Positions 46,914 to 57,134 of a stretch of DNA of 64,000 nt are shown here, in pieces. The first letter of the stretch is position 1, and each line of letters opens with the position of its first letter. The DNA is from a virus. The notes beneath the pieces are model-generated. The model was not told the origin of the DNA. It did no database searches and saw only the letters and a program-made list of their open reading frames with translations. The translations under genes were made by a program, and so were the position numbers. The stretch covers positions 32,001 through 96,000 of IMG/VR virus record IMGVR_UViG_3300032222_000151; one strand, given 5' to 3'.

Positions 46914-48506
46914 TTAAGGAGTTCTTCTTCCCTCTCCCTTTGGGGCTCTTCCAGCAACTGTTGAAGTGCTGTCAGAGTTGTTATTTGTTCTCTCTGCATC
47001 TCTGGCTCTTGTTGTAGTTGCCTCTGCTGCTGATGGTGCCTTAAGATCTAGAACCTCATCACCGCCATCTCTTTGAGGCATATCCAAAACAACTCTTGCC
47101 TCGTTAGGAGTCATGATCTGATTCTTAACATATCTTTCAAGAATTTGAGACTGTGCTATTTCGTCAGTCAGAGTTAACTCGTTAAACACAAACTCAATAA
47201 TGTCTGTCTTTTCACGAATGATCTTATTGATCATTTTTTCTAACTGTCTTTGTGCTGGTCTTGCAACCTGCTCCTTAAAGGTGCGATCCTGTGCAAGTGC
47301 TGCTGCAATAGATCCAGAATCGCCACCTCCAAGTTTAGATAGTGGCACTTGATGTGCTACAAGGATATCATCACGGTTTTGCTTACGATACTCTTTAAAT
47401 GAGCCGTCCTGTATCCCGTCTTCGATGGGCTCCATCTTAAATTCTACCTTGTTGTTTTCGCTATCACCTGGAAGTGGAATATATAGCGTTCTGTGCGATT
47501 GCCCCCTGAGATTTGTCTGTAAGAATCGGAACATCTTATCTTCTGCATCTCCAGAAAGTTTTGCACCCTTTAACGTTACAACATAACGTGGCACTGCTTT
47601 ATTTGCAAAATAATCAATATTGTATTGTGAGGCAAGTGAGTCTCCATGTAGTGAGTTAATAGCCGACATTATGTCTGGCACTCCGTAGAATGTGTTGAGA
47701 GGTGAGTACTGCTTAAAGTGAATAATCTCGTTTGGTCTAGCGTCTGTTGTTAGTGGATTTTGATTCTTTGCTCCAAAGTTACGGAAGTACACAATCTTGT
47801 TTCCAATAATCTGTACGTACCCATCCTTGATTCTTCGTACTCGCATTGTTGTTGCTGGTATATGTCCAACGTATCCAATTTCTCCACGAGTGGTTCTTCC
47901 GATTTCTAAGTATCCATTGCCAGTTGACTGTAGGTCTGTATAAACCTTTTCCATTGTTGCTGTGAAAGAGTCGTCATCGTTAAGTGACTCTAGCCAATCA
48001 CGCATTTCAATCTTCGCTCTTTCAATTCTCTTTCGTGCCTTCTGTGTTGCACTGTTATCTTCTGAGGACTCAAGTCTCATCATTGTTCTTGGAGAAACCT
48101 TAAACTCATAGCCAAGTCCAACAATGTTTTCTACCTTTGCATCAATTGCTGCATGGTTTGCAAAAGAGGTGTCGTAGTAATTTGCTAATTCGTAAAGATT
48201 CCATGGTGGTGTAATAACGTCAAACATTCCATAGCCGTTTACATATACTAGGCCTGGGTTTATTTCTTTTGACTGTGCTCCATCAATACCGCTTTTCCCT
48301 GCAAGTGCTGCGGTTGTGTATTGTGTTGTTGGCTCAACCATCTTGGTTGACATTCTGCTTGTTCTTCTTTTAAAGTTTGCATCTAAACCATCTAAAGTTT
48401 TTAGGGTTTCCCAATTACCATTGAAAGGATCTGACTTAGAAAAGGTGTCATCCTTTTTTAATGCTTCATCAATTCTTGCACCGATTTCATACTCACGATC
48501 TTCCAT
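46914..48506 (-). CDS. Portal protein
   Basis: GNGYLEI, NEIIHFK, YGVP, YFANKAVP, MTPNEAR. Confidence 0.93.
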   Translation of the reverse strand: MEDREYEIGARIDEALKKDDTFSKSDPFNGNWETLKTLDGLDANFKRRTSRMSTKMVEPTTQYTTAALAGKSGIDGAQSKEINPGLVYVNGYGMFDVITPPWNLYELANYYDTSFANHAAIDAKVENIVGLGYEFKVSPRTMMRLESSEDNSATQKARKRIERAKIEMRDWLESLNDDDSFTATMEKVYTDLQSTGNGYLEIGRTTRGEIGYVGHIPATTMRVRRIKDGYVQIIGNKIVYFRNFGAKNQNPLTTDARPNEIIHFKQYSPLNTFYGVPDIMSAINSLHGDSLASQYNIDYFANKAVPRYVVTLKGAKLSGDAEDKMFRFLQTNLRGQSHRTLYIPLPGDSENNKVEFKMEPIEDGIQDGSFKEYRKQNRDDILVAHQVPLSKLGGGDSGSIAAALAQDRTFKEQVARPAQRQLEKMINKIIREKTDIIEFVFNELTLTDEIAQSQILERYVKNQIMTPNEARVVLDMPQRDGGDEVLDLKAPSAAEATTTRARDAERTNNNSDSTSTVAGRAPKGEGRRTP

Positions 48507-48508
48507 AA

Positions 48509-48895
48509 TTACTCCTCATCGCCATACAAAGCAATTGTGTCTTTTGCTGCTTGAACAGCGCCGAGATCGTTTAGGTTTGGAATTAATCCAGCCTTCATTC
48601 TGTCAACCTGTTCAGAATACTCTTCTTCAGAAACTCTTGTTAGTCCTGGAACAAACACACAAGTGCCGTCTCCTGGATCTCCATAATGCATGGCAGTCTT
48701 TTTTAGTTCTGCTATTTTAGATATATCGTTCTTGTCTGAAGGAATGTTTAGTACAGAGCCAGTACCGTCTGTAAACCACTTTCCATTTGCCTTCTTATAG
48801 ACATAAAGGCCCCAGTCATAGTTCTTTTCAATGACTTGTCGTCTAACATTTTTTACAATTGGTTGACCAGTTTTTGGGTCTATTAGCGAATCCAT
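48509..48895 (-). CDS. Hypothetical protein upstream of the portal
   Basis: TGgTATACT 7 nt upstream of ATG 48895. Confidence 0.7.
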   Translation of the reverse strand: MDSLIDPKTGQPIVKNVRRQVIEKNYDWGLYVYKKANGKWFTDGTGSVLNIPSDKNDISKIAELKKTAMHYGDPGDGTCVFVPGLTRVSEEEYSEQVDRMKAGLIPNLNDLGAVQAAKDTIALYGDEE

Positions 48896-48913
48896 ATCCA
48901 TAAGTATACCATA

Positions 48914-51900
48914 TCATACTGGGTCAACGACTATTTGATTCCAATTTACATCTGAGTATGCGGTATAAGCATATCCTCCAAACTGGAGAACCCTGTCATC
49001 ATCTACAACTATTTTGTTTGTTCCAGTATAACTCTTATAGACTTCTGAAGGGTTTACGCCGTAATAACTTGTTTCGGATAAAACCAAAACCTTGTTCCAG
49101 ATAAATGATCCTCCCCAGAAAGACCAGTCTAACTCATAAGCGCCCAAAACCTTGACTCTAAACCATGGTCTTTCTGCAACGTTCTGGACTTCTTGGAGAT
49201 TTGTAGACTGATAAAATGAGATACTATTAAATAGAACTGGGCCAGTAAGTCTGATTGCACCCTCAAAATATGAAAAGTCAAGGCTGCTTGCAAAGTTTAT
49301 ACCTAGGAAGCCCCACTCCTGAAGCGTAAGAACTGGCTCCTTGACAACTTTTCCATTCCAATAAAAACCAATGCCATCTTGAACAAGTCCAGTCCTTGTA
49401 TCAATTGCATAGATCTTTGCTCTTCTTCCAGTAGGGTCACTTGCTACCATATAGAACTTTATGTATGATCCCTTGCTTTCTACCTCAAAAATTTCTGTTG
49501 GAGCGTATGGGAAATAATCCCCATCAAACCTAATTGCCATTTGCATAGCAATAACCTTAAACCCATCTGCTCTGCTTGGATTTACTGGAATCATTAGGCC
49601 ACGGTTTATGAGTGGATCATACTTCCCCTTAAGTTGTATTCCGCTTGTTTTTGTTAGATAAAGATATGGCGACGAAGCATTATAAATTGAGAATGGATTG
49701 TTCTTTTTAAAATCATAATATATACCAGACTTGGTGTATGGATATATTGGAGTTCCAAACCTTGTTCCAATAGGACTTGCATCTGATTCATTTAATGCCT
49801 GAGAAGCATAAGAAAGTTTTTTAATGTTTACATTATTTATTAATGAGTTTTTTACATTTAGTTCAATATGTGTTACTATTGACAAATCGTTAAAGTCTAC
49901 TCCCGATGGTGGATAAATAATCATATTATCAACAACTTCATATTTTGTTCTCATCCAGTCAGTACCTGGAATCAAAACACCATTTCTTGAAGGCCTTTCA
50001 ATTTTTATAAAATACTCTGATGGTGCGTTAGCACCAAGTTCTGTGTACTGAAATGTTACGTAAGTCTTAACCAATGCGCCATCGGTATCATATCTGTAGT
50101 CTTTTGCAACCTTATTCTTTAAGTCTTCGTAATCATTATAACCAGTAAAAAGATAATTATCTAGAGAAGTATAACTTCTTTGAACTGGTATTCCATATTC
50201 ATTGGCAAGTTCTGCATATGTCCAATCAACTGGGTCTGTTTCTATTGCAATTGTTTTTGATGGTATTGGGTAGTTTACATTAAACTGGATAAAATCAAGG
50301 TCAAAATATTGATCCCCTCTTTTATCAAAAACAGATTCTGCAAAATAGGTAAGAGGAATATTATCTTCCCAGTAAGCGCTAGAAGATACTGCAAGACTAT
50401 AGGTCTCAAACAGCAATTCTGGAACAAGCGTATAACTTGCAATGTGCTCAATTAAAAAGTCTTCTTCTAAAAGAAATACTCCTCCTCCAGATATTCCGCC
50501 ATTTACTACGTCTGTTAATCCTCCAGATGGTGGCTGAGATGTTGTGTCAAGTCCCGCATCTATATCTATGAGTTGATTGCTTTGATAAGCAAAAAACAAA
50601 TCTTCGTTTAGTTTGGGTACTCCGTACTCGTTAAACAAGTTTTTTATTTTTTGGAAATTATACTTAGTCGTAAATCCAACATTATATATCTTTCCAGTAA
50701 ATGTTGAGTTTGAAGATTTATCTCCTCCAAGGTATATTCTTAAATCAGACAATGATCCAAAAAATTCAGATGTTGGGTTTCCAAAACGCTCAACAAATCT
50801 AGAGATATTTACGCCAGCCTCAAAGAAATCATTTACATCTAAAATTCCAGAAGAGTAAAGAATTTCCGACTGACCATTTGTATGAATAACATACTCAATC
50901 TTATTATTTTTAATCTGTACTAAAAAGTAGTTACTTGTGTTTTCTTTTTCAACTTTAAATATTGTTTGGGGTGTTGAAGATACGTTTTCCTTTAACTGGA
51001 AACATCCGTAAAAAGAAGATATAGGCGTTTGAAGAATATCGAACTTTTCAAAAAACATGTAACCGTTTACGCTGTCCCAAGATGAGTTGGGCCTAAAAGA
51101 AAAGTACTCTCTGTCGTCATAAAGAAAAGCAACGGGGTTGTCTGTATTGTTTGCTTCAAGATTATCGTCAAATAGTTCTGCCTCTGTCTTAGAGGAAAGT
51201 ACTATCTCTGGAAGTGGATGATTAATTACAGAAATAGATTTGTTTGAGGTAGACAGGTTATCGCTAAACCCCTGAGTCCATGATCCAGTCTTTGGGTAGG
51301 AGTAGTTTGATGTATAGTCTGCAAAAGAGTAGTCAATTGCTACAGATGTTCCACTGTAAGAGGTATTAATATTTTCTGGAACCTCTACGCCTTGACCAAA
51401 AACAAACCTTCTTTTTGCAACTTGAGATGCCACAAGATATGGATATATTCCAACACAATCAATATCTATTGGGTACACATCTTCGTATGCATAAAAACCT
51501 ATCCAGTCTTGGTCTTTTCCTTGAGAATTAAACTTTGATGGCAAACTCATTGTGCTTGTAGAATATGTCAAAGATATAACTTCTTCTCCATTAATTAAAA
51601 GAGATGCTATATCTTTTCCTATCTTAAGATGAACAAGCATTGGCCTTGTCCACTCACCAACATAATGCGTCTTATATTCGTCGTTAATCTTTAAACCTAT
51701 TGATGGTCCATCAACATATATTCCATCATTAGAGGATATTGGGCCAATGATTCTTTTTCTATCATTTGTATAAGAGTTAACTCTAAGCCATGTTTCTAAT
51801 GTGTACTGCTTAAACTGCCCAGCCTCGTTTAACATTCCAACTCCAGGAATTATTAATGATGGAAGGTTTTGATTTTCATACAATGTAGTATGGCTGTCCG

Positions 51901-52654
51901 TTCCGTAAACCATTGGGATTCCTGAATTTTTTGCTTTTAGCATATTGTCAGAAACAAGGTAGTATCCGTTTAATTCTTGAAGTCCATAGCAAGTTGCTAC
52001 TACACCTTTTTGTGGTGCAATTGAAATTGTTGATGGTATGTCTATTGGCTGCAAACCTAGAGAGGTTGAAGAAAACTCTTCTGACCACTGGCCAAAACTA
52101 ATTCCGTTTATTCTAAAAGCATCTTCTGTGTCAGACCCTCCAATAAAGTTTATCTTGAATACAAGCCTGATCTTTGTATCATCTGGTGGGGTATCAAAAG
52201 TTTCTGAAATAAAGATCCAATTACTATTAATGACAGTATCGAAATTCTTTAAATGAGTTATATTCTCTCCGCTTGTGGTGTCTGTATATTGATAACCAAT
52301 TTCAAATCCCGCAATATATGCGCTTTCTGAATAAAAATAACCACCAACAGAAAATGTTCTTAGGTAGGCATTTAAATCTTTTATGTCAATAATGTCATTG
52401 CTTATGGCAAGTATTGATGCTGACTCATTAGATGTTGGGGTTGCAACAATTCTTCCTACATAACTATCTATAAATGGCTCGCCTATTGACTGTGAATATG
52501 TAGAAAATGTTCCACCAGTTACTGTCCAATTAGAAAGGTTTCTTTGCTGCTCTGATACTAAAGAAATATAGTCAGCATTATCGTCAAGTGCCCACAGCCC
52601 TGTTGGATGTTCAGCAAAAACTTTTTCAGCATATAGGTTTGATGGAATAGACAT
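48914..52654 (-). CDS. Large virion structural protein with LamG/ConA-like segments
   Basis: EHPTGLWALD N-terminal motif, YTLETWLRVN, LLINGEEV, FTGKIY; beta-rich, 1246 aa. Confidence 0.6.
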   Translation of the reverse strand: MSIPSNLYAEKVFAEHPTGLWALDDNADYISLVSEQQRNLSNWTVTGGTFSTYSQSIGEPFIDSYVGRIVATPTSNESASILAISNDIIDIKDLNAYLRTFSVGGYFYSESAYIAGFEIGYQYTDTTSGENITHLKNFDTVINSNWIFISETFDTPPDDTKIRLVFKINFIGGSDTEDAFRINGISFGQWSEEFSSTSLGLQPIDIPSTISIAPQKGVVATCYGLQELNGYYLVSDNMLKAKNSGIPMVYGTDSHTTLYENQNLPSLIIPGVGMLNEAGQFKQYTLETWLRVNSYTNDRKRIIGPISSNDGIYVDGPSIGLKINDEYKTHYVGEWTRPMLVHLKIGKDIASLLINGEEVISLTYSTSTMSLPSKFNSQGKDQDWIGFYAYEDVYPIDIDCVGIYPYLVASQVAKRRFVFGQGVEVPENINTSYSGTSVAIDYSFADYTSNYSYPKTGSWTQGFSDNLSTSNKSISVINHPLPEIVLSSKTEAELFDDNLEANNTDNPVAFLYDDREYFSFRPNSSWDSVNGYMFFEKFDILQTPISSFYGCFQLKENVSSTPQTIFKVEKENTSNYFLVQIKNNKIEYVIHTNGQSEILYSSGILDVNDFFEAGVNISRFVERFGNPTSEFFGSLSDLRIYLGGDKSSNSTFTGKIYNVGFTTKYNFQKIKNLFNEYGVPKLNEDLFFAYQSNQLIDIDAGLDTTSQPPSGGLTDVVNGGISGGGVFLLEEDFLIEHIASYTLVPELLFETYSLAVSSSAYWEDNIPLTYFAESVFDKRGDQYFDLDFIQFNVNYPIPSKTIAIETDPVDWTYAELANEYGIPVQRSYTSLDNYLFTGYNDYEDLKNKVAKDYRYDTDGALVKTYVTFQYTELGANAPSEYFIKIERPSRNGVLIPGTDWMRTKYEVVDNMIIYPPSGVDFNDLSIVTHIELNVKNSLINNVNIKKLSYASQALNESDASPIGTRFGTPIYPYTKSGIYYDFKKNNPFSIYNASSPYLYLTKTSGIQLKGKYDPLINRGLMIPVNPSRADGFKVIAMQMAIRFDGDYFPYAPTEIFEVESKGSYIKFYMVASDPTGRRAKIYAIDTRTGLVQDGIGFYWNGKVVKEPVLTLQEWGFLGINFASSLDFSYFEGAIRLTGPVLFNSISFYQSTNLQEVQNVAERPWFRVKVLGAYELDWSFWGGSFIWNKVLVLSETSYYGVNPSEVYKSYTGTNKIVVDDDRVLQFGGYAYTAYSDVNWNQIVVDPV

Positions 52655-52679
52655 TATAGGTCTATTTTACCACAGAAGA

Positions 52680-54713
52680 CTACTTGTTTATTTTAATTTC
52701 ACAGTAGTCTGTTGTGCAGTATGCCTCACCTTGAGCCTCAAGATTGTCTACACCGTCGTAGATTGCACCAAAGTCAATGTGCTTCAACTTACCGATATAT
52801 GACTCATACTGCTCTTCAGTAATCTGAGTATATGGCTGCTGTGGATAAACAGTATTTCCCATTGGTAGGAATGAGACTGCCTTTAGTTGTCCCTCGTACA
52901 TATGTAGTGCTGGAACAACATGCTTTGACTCTGTTTCCTTATCAAATGAAAGTGTTACAGAAACACCGTTGTCAGACCAGTACTTCTGAGCAGTTGCAGC
53001 AAGTGCAATCTTCTCAAACAATGTAACATCTTTTTCAGATCTTGGATGGCCTGACTTAATTGGGAAGTATACAACTGATGTGTTTGCTGATACTACGTCG
53101 TCTTCAATTGTGTACCCTGCTGCTTTGAACAAGTGCATCATTGGATCTGTGTTTCCAAATCGAACTGCACGAAGGAAGAAGTTTCCTCCAGGACCCCAGT
53201 GAACTCCAGGGGTTGCACCAGAAAGAATTGATACCGATCCTGATGGCTTAACCGTTGTTACACGAATTGACTCACGAACACATAGCCATTCTGAATACTG
53301 ATTATCATAGTGACGAATCTTGTTGTATCCTTCATCCATCCATTCACGAACAATTGGCAAGCCCTTTTGATCTGCAAAAGATGCAATACCAGTAAGCGAT
53401 GTACCAATACGACGATTGCGTTGCATGATACCGTTTGTTTGCTGCCAATGTGTTGGAACAAGTGTTACGGTCTTTCCATAAAGGTATGCAAACTTAAGGG
53501 TACGCAAGAAGTCCTCCTTGGATTCATGACGATTCAAGTGCACTTCTACAAGTGTACATAATTCGTATGATTCCAATGGCTGCTCCGCACATGGGTTGAA
53601 TCCCATCACACGATAGTCCTTACCGTCTGGCGCATCCTTTAGTCGTCCATAATTACGAGCAACGTCAAGCCAAATAAAACCTGGTTCTCCGTTTTCTGTA
53701 ATTAAATCTACATAGTCTTCGTACTTTGTTCCTACTTCTGCTGAAATAGAATTATTAGACATCCAAGCCCAACCTGGATTTTCTGGATCAAATGAGTTAC
53801 GCTCTGGGAACATCTCTGAGTTCTTTAGATTCATGAATGTTTCATCCCCTGCGTTACCCAAAGCAAGTGTTGCTGAGCGACGAACGTTACCTGATACCAC
53901 GCAGGTACCAATAAGGTTTACAAGGTCTACGATAGCACGAGAGTCTAGTGTTTCTCCACCTCTGGAGCCGATTACACGGTCTATCTGGTCATGCAACTTG
54001 ATAAGGGGTGCAGGACCTGATGCAACGCCTCCAAAGCCCTTAATGGGTGCTCCAAGAGGTCTGATCAAATCATAATTAAACTTCTGAATACTCTGGTTTG
54101 CTCTCAAATAAGAATTGATTAGAAGTCGTACTGATTCTACCCAACCTTCACGAGTGTCTGGAATTTCGAACACCTGTTCTGGTTCTGTTGGGGTATAGAT
54201 TGAGAAATTCTTATCCTGTCCCACTGTGTCAAACCCTACACCAATTCCAAGCATCAATGCATCCATAACCCAAGCAAATAATGCTCCTGGATCATTCTTG
54301 TCAAGGTCCTTTGTAGATACCATTGCACAGTTCTGTAGCGCTGCTGAGTTCTTCTTCTCCATGGTCATAGGAGTTCCAAATGCCCACATGCCTCGTCCTG
54401 GTGGTGTCCACTTTAATTCAAACATTCTTTGGAATGCTTCTTGTGCAGACTTCTGAGCCTTGTAGTCATTCCATGGTAAACGGTTTTCTTTAGCATGATT
54501 CTTCTGAACTGAATACATACCCTCGATTACACGACGACAAACTTCATGCCATCTTTCCTTAGTTCCATCTTCCTTCATGCGAGAATATGTACGAATAAAA
54601 GTAATTTCTCCAAGTGAATTTTCTGCTGCATCTTTGAATCCAAATGGGCTTTCTACATTTTTGTACTTTTCTACAAAATCTTCTGGAAGCCTAAAACTAA
54701 AAAAATCTGACAT
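52680..54713 (-). CDS. nrdJ: Class II (adenosylcobalamin-dependent) ribonucleotide reductase
   Basis: RTYSR, PPGRG, LQNC, GNVRRSA, GFNPCAEQ, TTVKPSG, C-terminal CTTDYC; no beta subunit nearby. Confidence 0.93.
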   Translation of the reverse strand: MSDFFSFRLPEDFVEKYKNVESPFGFKDAAENSLGEITFIRTYSRMKEDGTKERWHEVCRRVIEGMYSVQKNHAKENRLPWNDYKAQKSAQEAFQRMFELKWTPPGRGMWAFGTPMTMEKKNSAALQNCAMVSTKDLDKNDPGALFAWVMDALMLGIGVGFDTVGQDKNFSIYTPTEPEQVFEIPDTREGWVESVRLLINSYLRANQSIQKFNYDLIRPLGAPIKGFGGVASGPAPLIKLHDQIDRVIGSRGGETLDSRAIVDLVNLIGTCVVSGNVRRSATLALGNAGDETFMNLKNSEMFPERNSFDPENPGWAWMSNNSISAEVGTKYEDYVDLITENGEPGFIWLDVARNYGRLKDAPDGKDYRVMGFNPCAEQPLESYELCTLVEVHLNRHESKEDFLRTLKFAYLYGKTVTLVPTHWQQTNGIMQRNRRIGTSLTGIASFADQKGLPIVREWMDEGYNKIRHYDNQYSEWLCVRESIRVTTVKPSGSVSILSGATPGVHWGPGGNFFLRAVRFGNTDPMMHLFKAAGYTIEDDVVSANTSVVYFPIKSGHPRSEKDVTLFEKIALAATAQKYWSDNGVSVTLSFDKETESKHVVPALHMYEGQLKAVSFLPMGNTVYPQQPYTQITEEQYESYIGKLKHIDFGAIYDGVDNLEAQGEAYCTTDYCEIKINK

Positions 54714-54746
54714 ATGTATCGTCCTTTCAAAAACGGAATAGTGTTA

Positions 54747-54755
54747 AGTATAGCA
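54747..54755 (-). promoter_or_regulatory. Extended -10 TGcTATACT for nrdJ
   Basis: Consensus match upstream of the GAAAGGA RBS. Confidence 0.6.
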
Positions 54756-54761
54756 GAGTTT

Positions 54762-54809
54762 TATAAAAAGTAAAACTCTCCCTAATCTACTACTTGAGAG
54801 TTTTGCTTT
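54762..54809 (-). terminator. Terminator-like hairpin ending the oxygenase operon
   Basis: AAAGCAAAACTCTC / GAGAGTTTTACTTT (13 of 14 pairs) running into a T tract. Confidence 0.5.
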
Positions 54810-55599
54810 ATGCGTACTTGTTACCTTTTGCCCACTCTTCTTTTTGAATGGCTTGTTGCCTTCTTACTTCTTTTTCTTGCTCATCCCACTTATCAAGAGT
54901 TTCTTGATCATACTCTATTTCTTCAAAATCCCAAAAAGAAACCATTGTATATCTTGTTCCATCTAAAATTTCTGTAACACCGTGGATATTTTCCACACCG
55001 CCAGGAAAAACATAATAGGAATATGCATTTGGCTTAAAGGATAGATATGGCTCGTTCCATACTGGGACTGGAACCCCGTCCATATCTAAACTGTCTGACT
55101 TTTTTCCAGAGTCTTCAACAAAGTATAACTCTCCTCCATCATAATTATCATTTAAATATAATATCCCAACATATTTGTTAATTTCAAAAGCATTTGGAAC
55201 TCCAGAAAAATCTGAATTGTCTGAGTGGGGTGAAGCAAATCCCCCAACATCCCACTTCTGTGCATGAGATGTGTTTGGCCTTACTTTTCTTTCAAAAACT
55301 AACTCTACCGCTTCCTTAAACTTTTCTCTCAGATCTTCAAAAAAGTTTCCATCTAGACCATGCTCAGCAAGACCTGGATCGTTTGGGGCTAACCCCATTC
55401 CTAATGAACCATAAAAAGCAATATCTCCCCAGTCATCACCTTTAGACTCTACATAGGAGATCATAGACTTTGCTGTCTTTTCATCCAAGAAGTTTGGAAT
55501 TTCAACAATTCTATTGTGTGTTATTCCAAGCACACCTTTTGTATTTTCTTCATCCTTTATATATTTAAAGTTTGATTTATCAAGTTTATCAATTATCAT
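54808..55599 (-). CDS. 2OG-Fe(II) oxygenase, prolyl-4-hydroxylase-like
   Basis: HSD, YLNDNYDGGELYF, HGV, RY. Confidence 0.9.
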   Translation of the reverse strand: MIIDKLDKSNFKYIKDEENTKGVLGITHNRIVEIPNFLDEKTAKSMISYVESKGDDWGDIAFYGSLGMGLAPNDPGLAEHGLDGNFFEDLREKFKEAVELVFERKVRPNTSHAQKWDVGGFASPHSDNSDFSGVPNAFEINKYVGILYLNDNYDGGELYFVEDSGKKSDSLDMDGVPVPVWNEPYLSFKPNAYSYYVFPGGVENIHGVTEILDGTRYTMVSFWDFEEIEYDQETLDKWDEQEKEVRRQQAIQKEEWAKGNKYA

Positions 55600-56437
55600 T
55601 TTTTATAGTAAGCCTTTCAACGTTATTTCTCAAATACTCTTGATTCATCTTTAAGTATTCTTCCATTTGCTTTTCTACTCTTTCTGACTCCATCTTCATC
55701 CAAAGTTCTTCTCCATACTGATCTCTTTTTTCTAACCACTCTGGATTTCCTTCAAATGGCTTTTGATAAAAACATCTAATGAGGTACTTATCTTCTTTTT
55801 CAACCTGCTTAACACCATGGAGATACTTCCCATTATCTGAGAGGAGATCTGGATGCCCTGAAGGGAAAACAAGAACATCCCCAGCAACTGGCTTATAATC
55901 TAATATTCCTTTTCCTGGAATAAGGAATGTTATATCTCCGCCTTCATAATCATCGTTTAAATACATTGTGCATGTTAGTATAAACTTATTTCCTGGCCAA
56001 TCACCTTCTAAGGTTACGTAGTCTGTGTGATAAACCATATCTAGTCCATCTCCACCACCATTTCTTTCTGAGTTTTTCCAATCATACTTAGATATAGATG
56101 GTCCCATTATTACCCAGTCATCTCCAACAGACATTCCGTGAGTTTCTAGATATGTCTGCGTAGCATAACTAAATGCATTAGTTATTTCGTCCATAAAAGA
56201 TTGTTCTTTTGCATATACATCGTTATTTAAGTTTTTGTCTTTTTCTTCTGCGCCTTTGCCAATTTCCCAAACATAAGTTCCAAATCTGCTCCACTTCTTC
56301 CAGTCTTTAAATAAAACTGAAGACTCTGGATCTTTTTCTGATGACTTAAATGTATCAACCATCTCTTTGTGTTGTGGCAACAAACCTTTGTATACGTAAA
56401 TGTTTGTATCAATTTCTGTAAATGTTACATTATTCAT
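55589..56437 (-). CDS. 2OG-Fe(II) oxygenase, prolyl-4-hydroxylase-like
   Basis: HTD, YLNDDYEGG, HGV, KY. Confidence 0.9.
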   Translation of the reverse strand: MNNVTFTEIDTNIYVYKGLLPQHKEMVDTFKSSEKDPESSVLFKDWKKWSRFGTYVWEIGKGAEEKDKNLNNDVYAKEQSFMDEITNAFSYATQTYLETHGMSVGDDWVIMGPSISKYDWKNSERNGGGDGLDMVYHTDYVTLEGDWPGNKFILTCTMYLNDDYEGGDITFLIPGKGILDYKPVAGDVLVFPSGHPDLLSDNGKYLHGVKQVEKEDKYLIRCFYQKPFEGNPEWLEKRDQYGEELWMKMESERVEKQMEEYLKMNQEYLRNNVERLTIKNDN

Positions 56438-57113
56438 CTTTACTCTTTTCCTTATGAGAAAGAATTGTAAAGAAGAATGGTATAACATATCTTATTCCAC
56501 TTTTAATCTCTGTTACTCCGTGTATATAGTTTAAGTCCCCTGGGAAAAAGTATGCAGCGCCTGCCTTTGGCTTAAACTGAATTTCTTGGTTAGGAAAATA
56601 TAACTCTCCACCCTCATACTCGTCATTTAAATAAAACAGACCAGCAATATCGTACCAAGGGAAGTCATTTGGCTTGCCAGCATCATCCCCTTCGTGCAAC
56701 TCTTTATCTGCATGAGGCATTTGAAGTTGTCCTGGTAGCCATCTAACAATTGCTGTACTGGTTGGCCAAGCATCTACTCCAAAAAACTCATCAACTTCAG
56801 ACTTTAGTCTTGCCTGTAGTTCAGTAATCATTGGATTAATCTTTACATCGTTAAGGTCTAGTGTGTTTGATGTTGCAACTCTATCTTCCCAATACTTTGA
56901 GTCATAGATCACTGTTCCTTCATCATTATAGTGGGTTTCTGTAACATCCCAAACTGATATATTCTTTGCTGCATTAGAAAGAAAATCAAGTTCTTCTGAT
57001 GTCATAAAGTTTTCTCTTGCCTGAATCATTTCAGCGCTTTTTCCAAAATAACCAGAAGGGGTTATGGAAACTCTTTCATTTGCATAATTATTAGAATACT
57101 CTACGCTTTGCAT
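56430..57113 (-). CDS. 2OG-Fe(II) oxygenase, prolyl-4-hydroxylase-like
   Basis: HAD, YLNDEYEGGELYF, HGV, RY; TGgTATAAT 6 nt upstream. Confidence 0.9.
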   Translation of the reverse strand: MQSVEYSNNYANERVSITPSGYFGKSAEMIQARENFMTSEELDFLSNAAKNISVWDVTETHYNDEGTVIYDSKYWEDRVATSNTLDLNDVKINPMITELQARLKSEVDEFFGVDAWPTSTAIVRWLPGQLQMPHADKELHEGDDAGKPNDFPWYDIAGLFYLNDEYEGGELYFPNQEIQFKPKAGAAYFFPGDLNYIHGVTEIKSGIRYVIPFFFTILSHKEKSKDE

Positions 57114-57134
57114 ATTTTTATTATACCACCGAAT

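Noticed and set aside
8180-54713. Inteins or introns in TerL, RecA, DnaE, DnaB or NrdJ
   Set aside because: Lengths are normal, motifs are contiguous, and no C...HN splice signatures or homing endonucleases were seen.
54714-54807. Cobalamin riboswitch or NrdR box upstream of nrdJ
   Set aside because: The gap is under 100 bp and lacks recognisable B12-box or NrdR-box consensus.
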